A stretch of 64,000 bases of DNA from Candidatus Eiseniibacteriota bacterium (GCA_041946735.1 JBHGAY010000001.1:271658-335657); one strand, 5' to 3'. Positions 9,920 through 19,766 are shown, counted from the first letter of the stretch. Numbers and translations: made by a program. The notes: generated from the letters alone by a model not told the origin.

Positions 9920-11033
9920 GGAGGCCTGCCTCGGCCGCCTCGAGCGCGATTCGCGCGGCCGCGGGCGTTCGGGCAGGATCGACGATCAGTCTCGCCGGGG
10001 CATAGTCAAGAAGCAGCTCGAGCGGTGGCGGAGCGTCCGGATCCCCGACGTGCCGCAGGATCGCAGGCGATCGCTCCCACCAGATCCGCGGAGCCGCCTC
10101 GAGGAGGAGCGACACGTCTCCGCCGCCGGTCTCGACGAGCCAGGCGGCGAGCAGACCTCGAGCGGCCTCGAGGTCCTCCGACGACCAGAGGACGAGCCCG
10201 TCGCGGATCCCGGCGACCGGCGCCAGCTCTCCCGCGACGCCGGCATCGATCGTCCCGATTTCGCTCGGCTCTTCCAGCGCTGCGAGGTGGACCTGCAGTC
10301 CCATCGCCCCGCGGCGCGCCCGCACGTGGAACCGGCGGCCCCGTTCGTCGAAGCGGGCGAACGTCGACGCGCCGCGCGGCGGAAGCGCGATCGCGAAGCG
10401 TCGCAGCAACTCCGCCGGATCGAGCGCGCTCGCGATCGAGCGCGCCGCCGCCCCGCCCCGGCACGCGATCGCTCCTGCCGGACCGAAGGTGAGGTAGGCG
10501 GGACGAACCGGCCGCCCCGCCTCGCGGGGATCCGCCGCCAGTTCCCCCAGCAGGGACTCGACCGGATCCTCGCGGCCGTGCAGGCGCGATCCGCCGGAGA
10601 CGGCCGCCTTGAACGCCTCCGCCAGCTCCCCGGCGAAGATCTGGCGCTCGCGGAAGACCGTCTCCTGTCCCGGCCCCTCTCCCTGGGTCCCCTCGCGCGC
10701 GCGCTGCTCGTCGATCGTGCGAGCCGCCTCGAGCAGGATCGCCTCGGTCGACTCCGTGATCCTCCGTTCGATCCCGGGAGGCGTCGGATCGAAGGCGAAC
10801 GTCCCCCGCGTCCACTGGACGGCGGTGAGCAGAAGCTTCTCGCCGGTGCGAAGCCCCTCGTCGGCGATGTCGAGGATCGATCCTTCCTCGAAGAAGACCC
10901 GGATCGTCCGGTCGCCGTGGCGAACCGACAGCGTGCCGGTCCGCCGGTTGAGCAGAAGAAACTGGCAGACGTCGAACAGGGGGATCGCTTCGAGCTTCCC
11001 CGAGAGAGCCGCTGTCGCGCTGGTCGGATTCAC
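9690..11033 (-). CDS. DUF4388-domain protein fused to a degenerate PilT-like ATPase domain
   Basis: N-terminus LSGKLEAIPLFDVCQFLLLNRRTGTL...FEEGSI...WTRGTFAF...ILLEAARTIDE is DUF4388-like. The C-terminal half aligns by eye with the neighbouring PilT but lacks Walker A and B. Confidence 0.75.
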   Translation of the reverse strand: MNPTSATAALSGKLEAIPLFDVCQFLLLNRRTGTLSVRHGDRTIRVFFEEGSILDIADEGLRTGEKLLLTAVQWTRGTFAFDPTPPGIERRITESTEAILLEAARTIDEQRAREGTQGEGPGQETVFRERQIFAGELAEAFKAAVSGGSRLHGREDPVESLLGELAADPREAGRPVRPAYLTFGPAGAIACRGGAAARSIASALDPAELLRRFAIALPPRGASTFARFDERGRRFHVRARRGAMGLQVHLAALEEPSEIGTIDAGVAGELAPVAGIRDGLVLWSSEDLEAARGLLAAWLVETGGGDVSLLLEAAPRIWWERSPAILRHVGDPDAPPPLELLLDYAPARLIVDPARTPAAARIALEAAEAGLLTIAVVRAGSFEEAAARFERIAAEASPDGAGRLRDAMRGWVGVDPLVEGEPPRGAEASPAWRVHVLLAADGRDPTR

Positions 11034-11042
11034 TTTCAGGAT

Positions 11043-12119
11043 CTACGCCGCGAGGCGCGGCTTCGGTGCGAGCAGCGCCAGAAACGGCTCTTTCACTTGC
11101 GCCTGCACGACTGCGTCCTCGGCGCGCACGGTCCCGTCCTTGACGAGCTGCATCAGGTGAGCGTCGAGAAGCTGCATCCCGTCCTTCTTCCCGGTCTGCA
11201 TCAGGGTGGGAATCTGAAACGTCTTGCGCTCGCGGACCAGCGAGGAGATCGCCGTCGTCGAGATCAGGATCTCCACCGCCGCAACCCGTCCCTCGCCGTC
11301 GGCCCGACGCACGAGCCTCTGCGCGACGACGCCGCGCAGGCTCTCCGCCAGCATCACCCGGATCTGCGCCTGCTTCTCCTCGGTGAACGCGTCGATGATC
11401 CGGTCGACCGTCTGCGCGGCGCTCGCCGTGTGCAGCGTCCCGAGGACGAGCTGGCCGGTTTCGGCTGCGGTGATCGCGAGCTGCATCGTCTCGAGATCGC
11501 GCATCTCTCCCACGAGGATGATGTCCGGATCTTCGCGGAGCGCGGCGCGCAACGCCGATGCGAAGCTGACCGCCGAGACGCCGATCTCGCGATGATTGAT
11601 CAGGCAGCGCGCGTTCTTGTGCACGAACTCGACCGGATCCTCGATCGTGATGATGTGCCTCCGCTGCCGCTGATTGATGTGGTGGAGCAGCGCGGCGAGC
11701 GTGGAGGACTTCCCGCTCCCCGGCGGGCCGGTCACCACCACGAGCCCCTTGCTGAGGTCGGCGAAGCGGGCGATCTGCTCGGGCAGTCCCAGCTCCTCGA
11801 GGGAGAAGATCTGCGTCGGGAGGAGCCGGAAGGCGCCCGCGATGCCACGGAGCTGCTCGAAGACGTTGCAGCGCACTCGCAGCTCCCCGGGCAGCTCGTA
11901 GGCGAAGTCGATGTCGCGGTCGCGCTCGAAGTGCTCGCGCTGCTCCTCGGTCATCATCTCGAGCAACAGGCGGCGGGCCTGATCTCCGGATAACTCCGGA
12001 TGGGCGACCGGGAAGAGATCGCCGTGCAGGCGAAGCATCGGGACCGAGCCGGTGGAGATGTGGAGGTCGGACGCCCCCTGCTCCTTCACCATCCGGAAGA
12101 TCGCGTCGATCCGTGCCGT
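11043..12119 (-). CDS. pilT: Type IV pilus retraction ATPase PilT (probable ACG start)
   Basis: GASDLH, Walker A GPPGSGKS, TIEDPVE, ALREDPDIILVGEMRD, AAETGQLVLGTLHT. AGGAGG-N5-ACG precedes ARIDAIF. Confidence 0.92.
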   Translation of the reverse strand, partial: TARIDAIFRMVKEQGASDLHISTGSVPMLRLHGDLFPVAHPELSGDQARRLLLEMMTEEQREHFERDRDIDFAYELPGELRVRCNVFEQLRGIAGAFRLLPTQIFSLEELGLPEQIARFADLSKGLVVVTGPPGSGKSSTLAALLHHINQRQRRHIITIEDPVEFVHKNARCLINHREIGVSAVSFASALRAALREDPDIILVGEMRDLETMQLAITAAETGQLVLGTLHTASAAQTVDRIIDAFTEEKQAQIRVMLAESLRGVVAQRLVRRADGEGRVAAVEILISTTAISSLVRERKTFQIPTLMQTGKKDGMQLLDAHLMQLVKDGTVRAEDAVVQAQVKEPFLALLAPKPRLAA

Positions 12120-12271
12120 CTGCCCCTCCTGGCCGCTCCGGCCGCCGGGCGGCCGGGCGCCCCATGGTTCCTCCGGAGCGCCGAAACCGCTCCTTCGTAG
12201 ATCGACCCTTTCGGCCGGCGGATTGACGGATTCGAGCCTTGGGCTCCCAACGGCGGGCGGCAAGCGCGCCA

Positions 12272-12324
12272 GGGACCGCCAGGACGCCCGGGACCCCAGG
12301 ACGCCCGGGACCGCCAGGACGCCC
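12272..12324. repeat. About 18-bp tandem repeat x3 (GGGACCGCCAGGACGCCC)
   Basis: Lies in the divergent pilT/DUF1003 intergenic region; the middle copy is 1 bp shorter. Confidence 0.75.
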
Positions 12325-12444
12325 GGCCCCCCAGGGCCCGTCGAGGGGCCCGGCCAGGCGGAGCCGGCGGCGGCGGAAGTTGGCGCGGGGACGCGCATCG
12401 GCGAGAATCGAAGGGATGGTGAGGGGGGCCATCCCGGAGGACCG

Positions 12445-13287
12445 ATGCGCTCTACGAAGGTTCCCAAGGCCTCGAAGGCCTCCCAGGCAGCGAAGACCCA
12501 GGTGGCCCAAACGGCCCAGGAGACCCAGAAGGCTCAGGAGGCCCAGAAGGCTCAGGAGGCTGAAAGGGCCCCAGAGGCTCCCGAAGCTCCCCCGCCTCCC
12601 GCTTCCGGCCGCCCTCGCCGCGCCGGCCACGCGGCCCCTCCTCCTCTCGAGCGCAACATCCGGATCCTCTCCGGGCTCCGGGTCCGGGCGAGCCGGAGCC
12701 GCGGCCCGCAAGACCGGATCGCCGACGCCGTCACCCGCTTCTCCGGCAGCATGGCGTTCGTCTGGATCCACGCCGCATGGTTTCTCTTCTGGATCCTCGC
12801 GAACACGGGACGATTTGGCGTCCGCCCGTTCGATCCGTTTCCCTATGGCCTGCTGACGATGATCGTCTCGCTCGAAGCGATCTTCCTCGCGACCTTCGTG
12901 CTGATCACACAGAACCGGCTCTCGGCTCAGGGCGATCAGCGCGCCGAGCTGGACCTGCAGATAGGGCTTCTGTCCGAACACGAGATCACGCGCGTGTTGC
13001 GCATGGTCGACGCGATCGGCAGGAAGCTGGGGGTCGAGGAGGTGGCGCAGGAAGACGTCGCCGATCTGGAGAAGGACATCCGGCCGGAGGATATCCTGCG
13101 GGAGATCGAGCGGATCGAGGAGCGGGTGCTCCACCTGCATCACCCGCACGGCAAGGAGCACGGGGAGCACGGGGAACACGGGGAGCACGGAGAGCACGGG
13201 GAGCACGCTTCCCACGAGCACGCTCCGACCGTGCGGCAACCGCCCGGATCCGAGCAGGGCGAGATCGAGGAGCCGCGCGAAACGTGA
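12445..13287 (+). CDS. DUF1003-family membrane protein with repetitive N-terminus and His-rich tail
   Basis: RBS GGAGG, IADAVTRFSGSMAF, PFDPFPYGLLTMIVSLEAIFLATFVLITQNR, (HGE)n tail. Confidence 0.88.
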   Translation: MRSTKVPKASKASQAAKTQVAQTAQETQKAQEAQKAQEAERAPEAPEAPPPPASGRPRRAGHAAPPPLERNIRILSGLRVRASRSRGPQDRIADAVTRFSGSMAFVWIHAAWFLFWILANTGRFGVRPFDPFPYGLLTMIVSLEAIFLATFVLITQNRLSAQGDQRAELDLQIGLLSEHEITRVLRMVDAIGRKLGVEEVAQEDVADLEKDIRPEDILREIERIEERVLHLHHPHGKEHGEHGEHGEHGEHGEHASHEHAPTVRQPPGSEQGEIEEPRET

Positions 13288-13327
13288 TGCGCCGGCAACA
13301 GGCCGTCCGGAGGAGCGACCAGGAGCG

Positions 13328-14305
13328 ATGATCCAGATTCGGAAGGCCGCCATCTTCGGGGCAGGGGGAGCGACCGGCTACTGGATCGCCCGCGAGCTGC
13401 GGTCTCGGGGGATCCCGACGCGCGTCGTCGGGCGCGACCGCGAGCGGCTGCGCGCCCGCTTCGACGGCACGGGCGCCGAAATGGTCGCCGCGGATGTCGC
13501 CGATCTCGACGCCGCCCGCCACGCCGCCGCCGGCTGCTCGCTGCTCGTTCACTGCATCGGGCTTCCCTATCCGGAGTTTGCACGCCATCCGGTCCTCGCG
13601 CGAAGGACCGTCGAGGCGGCGCACTCCGCAGGCGCGCGCATCCTGCAGGTCAGCAGCTACTACTCCTACGAGCCGGTCGTTTCCAACCCGGTCACGGAGG
13701 CGCATCCGAGGAATCCCCGTTCCTGGATCGCTCGGATGCGGAAGGAGGCGGAGGACATCCTGCTCGACGCGGGCGCCGCGGTGACCCACCTTCCCGATTT
13801 CTATGGTCCTCAGGCGGATCTCTCGCTCGCGAACCCTGCGATCCGCGCCATCCTGCAAGGCAAGCGCGCGGATTGGATCGCCCCGCTCGACGTGCCGCGG
13901 CAGTTTCTCTTCGTTCCCGACGCCGCCCCGATTCTCGTCTCGCTCGCCCTGCGCGAGGAGGCGTACGGGCAACGTTGGAACGTCGCGACGACGGGGGCGA
14001 TTCCCGCCCAGCAGTTCCTCGAGATCGCTGGCCGTCTCTCCGGCAAGCCGGTACGCGTCCGCGCGGCCGGACGGAACCTCCTTCGGATGGCGGGGCTCTT
14101 TCGCCCCTTCCTCCGTTTCCTCGCGCAGCTCTACCCGCTCTACGCCCACCCGCCGATCCTCGACGCCTCGAAGATCGGGGCGCTCCTCGGTCCCTTCGAA
14201 TCGACCCCATACGAAGAAGGGATCCGCCGGACCCTCGACTGGATGACCGCGTCCTCCTCCGTTTCCGCCGCGACGGGGCCTGCCCCGCCGCCCGCCGATC
14301 GGTAG
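13328..14305 (+). CDS. NAD-dependent epimerase/dehydratase (atypical SDR)
   Basis: IFGAGGATG Rossmann motif, HCIGLPY, LPDFYGP, TPYEEGIRRTLDW. Confidence 0.85.
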   Translation: MIQIRKAAIFGAGGATGYWIARELRSRGIPTRVVGRDRERLRARFDGTGAEMVAADVADLDAARHAAAGCSLLVHCIGLPYPEFARHPVLARRTVEAAHSAGARILQVSSYYSYEPVVSNPVTEAHPRNPRSWIARMRKEAEDILLDAGAAVTHLPDFYGPQADLSLANPAIRAILQGKRADWIAPLDVPRQFLFVPDAAPILVSLALREEAYGQRWNVATTGAIPAQQFLEIAGRLSGKPVRVRAAGRNLLRMAGLFRPFLRFLAQLYPLYAHPPILDASKIGALLGPFESTPYEEGIRRTLDWMTASSSVSAATGPAPPPADR

Positions 14306-14325
14306 AATCCCGTAGAATCGCGAGG

Positions 14326-15042
14326 ATGGAAGCGGCAAGAGACAGAGACGGGGAAAGCCGGCGCGGCGCGGGAAGCTCGCTTCCGCAGGCTATTGAGTCG
14401 CTCCGCGACGCGCTCGCCGGGCCGCTCCCCGGGACCGCCTCCCATGGCCTCGTCATGCCTCCCGGGCTGCCGCGGCGTGCGATCCCGGCCGGCGCCGAGT
14501 ATCAGAAGGCCGCAGTGCTCCTCGCTCTCCATCCCGGAGGAGACGGCGGGACGGATAGTTTTCGCTTTCCTCTCATCCGGCGCCCGGACGGGATCCTCCA
14601 CCATCCCGGCCAGATCTCCCTGCCGGGCGGCCGCCTCGACGAGTGCGAGGAGCCACGGGTGTGCGCATTGCGCGAGGCGTGGGAGGAGGTCGGCATCGAT
14701 CCCTCGGAGGTCGAGGTCCTCGGCCGCCTGACGCCGATCGCGATTCCGGTGACGCTCTACGAGGTCGAGGCGTTCGTCGGCTGGATCCCTCGCCCGCCCC
14801 GCTTCCGCCTTCAGGAGGAGGAGGTGGCGGAGCTGCTCTCGGCCGACCCCGACCGGCTCGCCGTCGAAGGTCCCACCCTTTTCGTCGAGCGCGTGCGGGA
14901 CGGCGGAAGCTTCCGCTTCCCCGCCTACGACGTAGCGGGCTGGAAGGTCTGGGGCGCGACCGCGCTCCTGCTGTCGGAATTCCTGGAGATCTGGAGGGCC
15001 CGAGTGCGGCGCGCGATGCCGCCCGGAGGGAGGAACGCGTGA
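14326..15042 (+). CDS. CoA pyrophosphatase (Nudix, NudL/PCD1-like)
   Basis: AAVLL, HPGQISLPGG...ALREAWEEVG Nudix box, VWGATA. Confidence 0.88.
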   Translation: MEAARDRDGESRRGAGSSLPQAIESLRDALAGPLPGTASHGLVMPPGLPRRAIPAGAEYQKAAVLLALHPGGDGGTDSFRFPLIRRPDGILHHPGQISLPGGRLDECEEPRVCALREAWEEVGIDPSEVEVLGRLTPIAIPVTLYEVEAFVGWIPRPPRFRLQEEEVAELLSADPDRLAVEGPTLFVERVRDGGSFRFPAYDVAGWKVWGATALLLSEFLEIWRARVRRAMPPGGRNA

Positions 15043-16259
15043 CCGACCGCGAGACGAGCCGCGAGGCGACCGACGCTCCGGAAATTGCGCCGGGGCTGTT
15101 CCATCGATTCTTCGAGGACAGCACCGATGCGATCGTCGTCACCGATCGCGAAGGGAAGATCCTGACGGCGAACCCGGCATGGCTGTCCCTCTACGGCTAC
15201 CGGCTGGAGGAAGTCGCGGGCCGGAGCACGTCGATCGTCAAGAGCCCGCACACCACGCCGGAGATGTACCGCTACATGTGGTCGAAGATCGGCGATCCGT
15301 CCCAGGGATTCTGGAAGGGGGAGATCGTCAACCGCAAACGCGACGGCACCGAGGTCCCGGTACTGCTCACGATCACGCCGATCCGCGACCGGGACGGCGG
15401 GATCGCCGGCTACACCGGCATCGGGATCGACATGACGGAGCGGCGGCGGGCCGAGGAGATGCGCGAACTCTACGAGATGGTGGTGCGCCACGACCTGAAG
15501 ACGCCGCTCGGGTCGATCCTCGCGCTCGCGGAGACGCTGCGCGAGGGATACGCGGGGCCTCTCGACGAGCGCCAGCGCGATCTCGTCTCGCGGATCGTCG
15601 GTTCGGCGCTGCGCATGCGGGAGATGATCGAGACCGGGTTGGACCTGAAGCGCTTCGAGCGTGGAGTGCTGCGGCTGGATCCAGCGGACATCGATCTCCT
15701 CGACATCGTGCGCCGCAGCGCCGACGGATTGGCGCCTCTGGCGCGGGAGCGTGAGGTCGTGGTCGCCGTGATGGCGGGCGGCGGGCGGGCGGCGCGTCCG
15801 GAGGATCGGCTGCCGCTTCGCGCCGATCCCGTACACCTGCAGCGGGCGATCGACAACCTCGTGAAGAACGCGATCGAGGCGTCTCCGCGGGGGGGCGATG
15901 TCGTTGTGACGGCGGCGGAGGTGAAGAGGGCAGATGCGGGCCCGGGCACGAGCCCGGGCGCGAGCGCGGGCGCGGCCCCGGGCGCCGGCGCGGCCGCAAG
16001 CGCCGGCGCGGGCGCGCCCGAGGCGCGGAGGGTCCGCATTGCAGTCCACAACGGCGGGGCGCCGATCCCGCCGGACGTGCGCGCGACGCTCTTCCATCCG
16101 TTCAGCACGTACGGCAAGAGAGGCGGCACCGGCCTCGGGATCTACGGCGTCCGCACGATCGTCGAAGCGATGGGCGGCACGGTCTCCTACGACAGCGGCG
16201 AGGACGGAACGACGTTCGAGATCGTCCTGCCGGCGGAGGCGGGCGGGGGCCTGGATTGA
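15039..16259 (+). CDS. PAS-domain sensor histidine kinase
   Basis: PAS/PAC (WKGEIVNRKRDG), RHDLKTPL, NLVKNAIEA, GGTGLG. GTGA overlap with the Nudix gene; Ala/Gly-rich insertion. Confidence 0.9.
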   Translation: MTDRETSREATDAPEIAPGLFHRFFEDSTDAIVVTDREGKILTANPAWLSLYGYRLEEVAGRSTSIVKSPHTTPEMYRYMWSKIGDPSQGFWKGEIVNRKRDGTEVPVLLTITPIRDRDGGIAGYTGIGIDMTERRRAEEMRELYEMVVRHDLKTPLGSILALAETLREGYAGPLDERQRDLVSRIVGSALRMREMIETGLDLKRFERGVLRLDPADIDLLDIVRRSADGLAPLAREREVVVAVMAGGGRAARPEDRLPLRADPVHLQRAIDNLVKNAIEASPRGGDVVVTAAEVKRADAGPGTSPGASAGAAPGAGAAASAGAGAPEARRVRIAVHNGGAPIPPDVRATLFHPFSTYGKRGGTGLGIYGVRTIVEAMGGTVSYDSGEDGTTFEIVLPAEAGGGLD

Positions 16260-16322
16260 CGCCGGAACGCCCCGCCGGCCTTGGCCCGCAGGGCGCGACG
16301 GTCCCTGCGATCCGCAGCTGAC

Positions 16323-16374
16323 AATCGGTAGCCTGGGCAATCCCGGCTAATCGGTAGCCTGGGCAATCCCGGCT
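16323..16374. repeat. Exact 26-bp tandem duplication (AATCGGTAGCCTGGGCAATCCCGGCT x2)
   Basis: Between convergent genes. Confidence 0.9.
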
Positions 16375-17500
16375 AGGAGTTCACCCTCGCGGGCGCCGGC
16401 TCCGCGCCCCAAAGTCCGGCCATCCCGAGCGTCTGCTCCGCCTCCTCGAGCCGGCCGTCCATCCGCCGCTGCTTGAGGATGAACGCGTACGCCGGCGGTC
16501 CGGCGACGACGTGCATCGTCGCGGAGAGCAGGAGCTTCAGCGGCTTCGGCCGCATGACGATCTCACTTGCGAGCGCCGCGACCGCGATCTTGCGCGCGAC
16601 CGGCATCTCCCGCAGGAACGTCTTCTTCGGGCGGAACGCCTTCTGCTTGAGGAAGACGAGATCGATCGCCTCCCCCACCTCCTCCATGAACTCGAGGAAG
16701 CCGGCGTGGCGCGGGACGGCGCGCGAGACCCCGGCGCGGATGTTCTGGAGGAACTCCTCCGGGGTGCGCCCGGGCGCCATCGTGTACGCCTTGGCGACGC
16801 GGCCGGTATGCGAGTCGGAGGTGGCGACGACCTCCTTGCCGAAACGCCGCGAGAGGTCGAGCGTGCGACGGTTCAGCTGCGGGATGCGGCCGGCGTTGAG
16901 CTCGATCACCGGGAACTGGTGGATCAGCTCCGTAATGACCTCGAGCCGACCGCGCTCGCGCCGTTCGAACCAGAACGGATGGTTGTAGGCGTGGTAGAGC
17001 GACTCGTCGCGGCAGAAGGCGAGGAAGTCGTCGACGGAGTGGCGGCGCCGCGCCAGCTCGAGCCACTGCCGCTGGTCGAGGCCGAGGATGTTCACGTGGA
17101 TCGTATGGCCGATTCTCGGATCGCGGACCTTGATCTCGATCCCGTTGATGACCGGAATCGGCGGCTCGTCGCCGAAGTCGCGCTCCAGCTCTCGCCGCAG
17201 CGCGACGACACCGCGAATCGTCTCGTGATCGGTCAGCGTGAAGAACCCCATCCCGCGCGCGACCGCCTTCTCGTAGAGGGCCCGCGGCGACAGCTCCGGA
17301 AGGTTCAGGACGTCGTAGGAGTAGTTGGAGTGAAGATGGAGATCCGCCTTCCGGTACTCCAGCCCGGGACGGTACGCGGAGCCATCGATCGGCGTGCAGC
17401 GACGATCCTTGCTCGCCGCGCCGGAGCGTGTCGCGATCGGTCGGGAAGTCTGCGGGGTGTCGGAAGCGGGAGAGGGAAAGGGAGCCGGCGACAGGGCCAT
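16373..17500 (-). CDS. PHP-domain metal-dependent phosphoesterase
   Basis: KADLHLHS, LTDHE, GIEI, HVNILG, NHPFW, ATSDSH. Start uncertain. Confidence 0.82.
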   Translation of the reverse strand: MALSPAPFPSPASDTPQTSRPIATRSGAASKDRRCTPIDGSAYRPGLEYRKADLHLHSNYSYDVLNLPELSPRALYEKAVARGMGFFTLTDHETIRGVVALRRELERDFGDEPPIPVINGIEIKVRDPRIGHTIHVNILGLDQRQWLELARRRHSVDDFLAFCRDESLYHAYNHPFWFERRERGRLEVITELIHQFPVIELNAGRIPQLNRRTLDLSRRFGKEVVATSDSHTGRVAKAYTMAPGRTPEEFLQNIRAGVSRAVPRHAGFLEFMEEVGEAIDLVFLKQKAFRPKKTFLREMPVARKIAVAALASEIVMRPKPLKLLLSATMHVVAGPPAYAFILKQRRMDGRLEEAEQTLGMAGLWGAEPAPARVNS

Positions 17501-17726
17501 CCGATGAGTTCCTCCAAGTCAGCAGCGCACTGGATCGCACATGCGGCCAGCGACCCCTCAGTGTATCGGCGAGAGGATGAAATCCTCGTAAAGAATCTTC
17601 GGAAATTCCCGGCTGGCGCGGCCGGCACGCGGGTGGGCCGGGTCCGCCGGCGCCGCCGGTGAGTCGCGCCGAGCGGGGAGGGGTCCGCCGCGGAATTCCG
17701 CGGCGCGCGCGCCAGCCGGCCGGTCA

Positions 17727-18116
17727 TTAGCGCAACGCCAGAAAGAGATAGACCCAGTTCGCGGCGAGGAGGATCAAGAGGACGCCCAGGGCCCGGCCGC
17801 GCGTGAACGAGCGCCCGAAGCCGGGCGGAATCCGATGCGCCCACGGAATCACGGCGAGCGAGGCGACCGCGAGCAGCGCCGCGGCCGCCGCAGCGAAGAC
17901 GACCAGCGGATTCGCCCGGGCGGCCGCTTCCCATCGGCCGGCGAGGAGCGCGGAGACGGCGGTCGTCCCGCCGCATGCCGGGCACGGGATCCCGGTCAGG
18001 AGTCGTAGCGGACAGCTCGCCATCCTCGCGAACGGGGTGAAACGGAAGAACGCCAAGGCGGCGGCAGCCGCGCCGGCGACGGCGAGGGGCAGGACGAGCA
18101 GGTCGGTGCGGCGCAT
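17727..18116 (-). CDS. DUF2752-family membrane protein
   Basis: CPLRLLTGIPCPACGGT motif plus transmembrane helices. Confidence 0.85.
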   Translation of the reverse strand: MRRTDLLVLPLAVAGAAAAALAFFRFTPFARMASCPLRLLTGIPCPACGGTTAVSALLAGRWEAAARANPLVVFAAAAAALLAVASLAVIPWAHRIPPGFGRSFTRGRALGVLLILLAANWVYLFLALR

Positions 18117-18130
18117 GGAGCGGCGGCGGG

Positions 18131-18799
18131 CTACGCCTCTTCCGCCCGCCGAACTTCCTCCACGAACCTCCGGTGCACGACCGGGGGATCGCTCAGCTCC
18201 GGATGGAAGCTGCCTCCCCAGATCGTCCCCTGGCGCACGAGGGCCGGCTCCCCCGCATGCTCGCCGAGCACCTCGACCCCTTCGCCGACGCGGACGATCC
18301 GCGGAGCGCGGATGAAGACCATCTCCAGCGGCTCGGGCGGGCCGCCGTTCCATCGCACCCGCCCTCCGGCAATGAAGCTGTCGACCTGCCGGCCGTACGC
18401 GTTGCGCCGGACCGTCACGTCGAGCAGACCGAGAGAGGGTTGCGGAGGATCGAGCACCTCGCGCGCCAGAAGGATCAGGCCCGCGCAAGTCCCCCAGATC
18501 GGCCGCCCGCGCCGGTGGAATCGCTCGATCGCCTCGACGAAGCCGTACTCCTCCATCAGGCGCAGGAAGGTCGTGCTCTCGCCCCCCGGCAGGATGAGCC
18601 CGCGCGCTGCGTCGAGCTGCTCGGGGCGGCGCACCTCGATCGGCGCGCCGCCGGCTTGATCGATCGCCCGCAGGTGGGCCGCAAAGTCCCCCTGCAAAGC
18701 GAGGACTCCGATCGGCACCGGGCCGGGGCGCGGCGGCGCTTGCGATGCTCGCGGCGCTCGCCGTTCCTGGGGGCGACTCTGCGCGCCGGATTCCGTCAC
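18131..18799 (-). CDS. pdxT: Pyridoxal 5'-phosphate synthase glutaminase subunit
   Basis: GVLALQGDF, PGGESTT, GTCAGLILL, RNAYGRQVDSF, FIRAP, FHPEL. Confidence 0.97.
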   Translation of the reverse strand: MTESGAQSRPQERRAPRASQAPPRPGPVPIGVLALQGDFAAHLRAIDQAGGAPIEVRRPEQLDAARGLILPGGESTTFLRLMEEYGFVEAIERFHRRGRPIWGTCAGLILLAREVLDPPQPSLGLLDVTVRRNAYGRQVDSFIAGGRVRWNGGPPEPLEMVFIRAPRIVRVGEGVEVLGEHAGEPALVRQGTIWGGSFHPELSDPPVVHRRFVEEVRRAEEA

Positions 18800-18803
18800 T
18801 CCT

Positions 18804-19685
18804 TCACCATCCCCTCGTCTGAAGCAGCTCGCTCTCGGGCATCTTCGCCACGTCGAGTCCCGGCATCGCGTCGCCCAGATCCTCGCTGACCTCGGCCAGC
18901 ACGGCCGGATCGTTGAAGTGCGTCGTCGCGCGAACGATCGCCTTCGCGCGACGCGCCGGGTCCTCGCTCTTGAAGATGCCGCTGCCGACGAACACCGACT
19001 CCGCGCCCAGCTGCATCATCAGCGCGGCGTCGGCCGGAGTGGCGATCCCACCCGCCGAGAAGTTCGGCACCGGGAGCTTGCCGCTCTTCGCCACCATCCG
19101 CACCAGCTCGAATGGGGCGCCCATCTCCTTCGCCTTCGCCATCAGCTCCTCGTCACGGAGGATCGTGAGCTCCCGCATTCCACGGGTGATCGCGCGCATG
19201 TGGCGAACCGCCTCGACGACGTTGCCGGTCCCCGCCTCGCCCTTGGTGCGGATCATCGCCGCCCCCTCGCCGATCCTGCGGAGAGCCTCGCCCAGGTCGC
19301 GGCAGCCGCAGACGAACGGCACCTTGAAGGCGAACTTGTCGACATGGTGCGCTTCGTCGGCGGGGGTCAAGACCTCGCTCTCGTCGATGAAATCGACCCC
19401 GAGCGCCTCGAGGATCTGCGCCTCCACGAAATGGCCGATCCGGCACTTCGCCATCACCGGAATCGTCACCGCGGCCATGATCTCCTTGATCTTCTTCGGA
19501 CTCGCCATCCGAGCGACCCCGCCATCCCGCCGGATGTCAGCGGGCACCCTCTCGAGCGCCATCACCGCGACCGCCCCCGCCTCCTCGGCGATCTTCGCCT
19601 GGTCGGCGTTGACGACGTCCATGATGACCCCGCCCTTCAGCATCTCCGCGAGCCCGGTCTTCAGTCTCAACGTTCCCGTCTCCAT
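18804..19685 (-). CDS. pdxS: Pyridoxal 5'-phosphate synthase lyase subunit
   Basis: [41 protein letters not shown], ends RGW. Confidence 0.98.
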   Translation of the reverse strand: METGTLRLKTGLAEMLKGGVIMDVVNADQAKIAEEAGAVAVMALERVPADIRRDGGVARMASPKKIKEIMAAVTIPVMAKCRIGHFVEAQILEALGVDFIDESEVLTPADEAHHVDKFAFKVPFVCGCRDLGEALRRIGEGAAMIRTKGEAGTGNVVEAVRHMRAITRGMRELTILRDEELMAKAKEMGAPFELVRMVAKSGKLPVPNFSAGGIATPADAALMMQLGAESVFVGSGIFKSEDPARRAKAIVRATTHFNDPAVLAEVSEDLGDAMPGLDVAKMPESELLQTRGW

Positions 19686-19766
19686 CTCTCTTCTTCCTGT
19701 TCTCGATCCCAGCCGGATCGGTTGCGTACGCTCGAAGCGTTCGGTCTCGAGATTCGATCGATCTTT

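Noticed and set aside
10006..13353. 1115-aa minus-strand ORF
   Set aside because: An alternative frame over pilT/DUF4388 and antisense to DUF1003; Arg/Ala/Gly-rich with no domain signal.
16323..16374. 26-bp direct repeat as att site or target-site duplication
   Set aside because: The copies are adjacent with nothing between them, and there is no integrase or transposase in the window.
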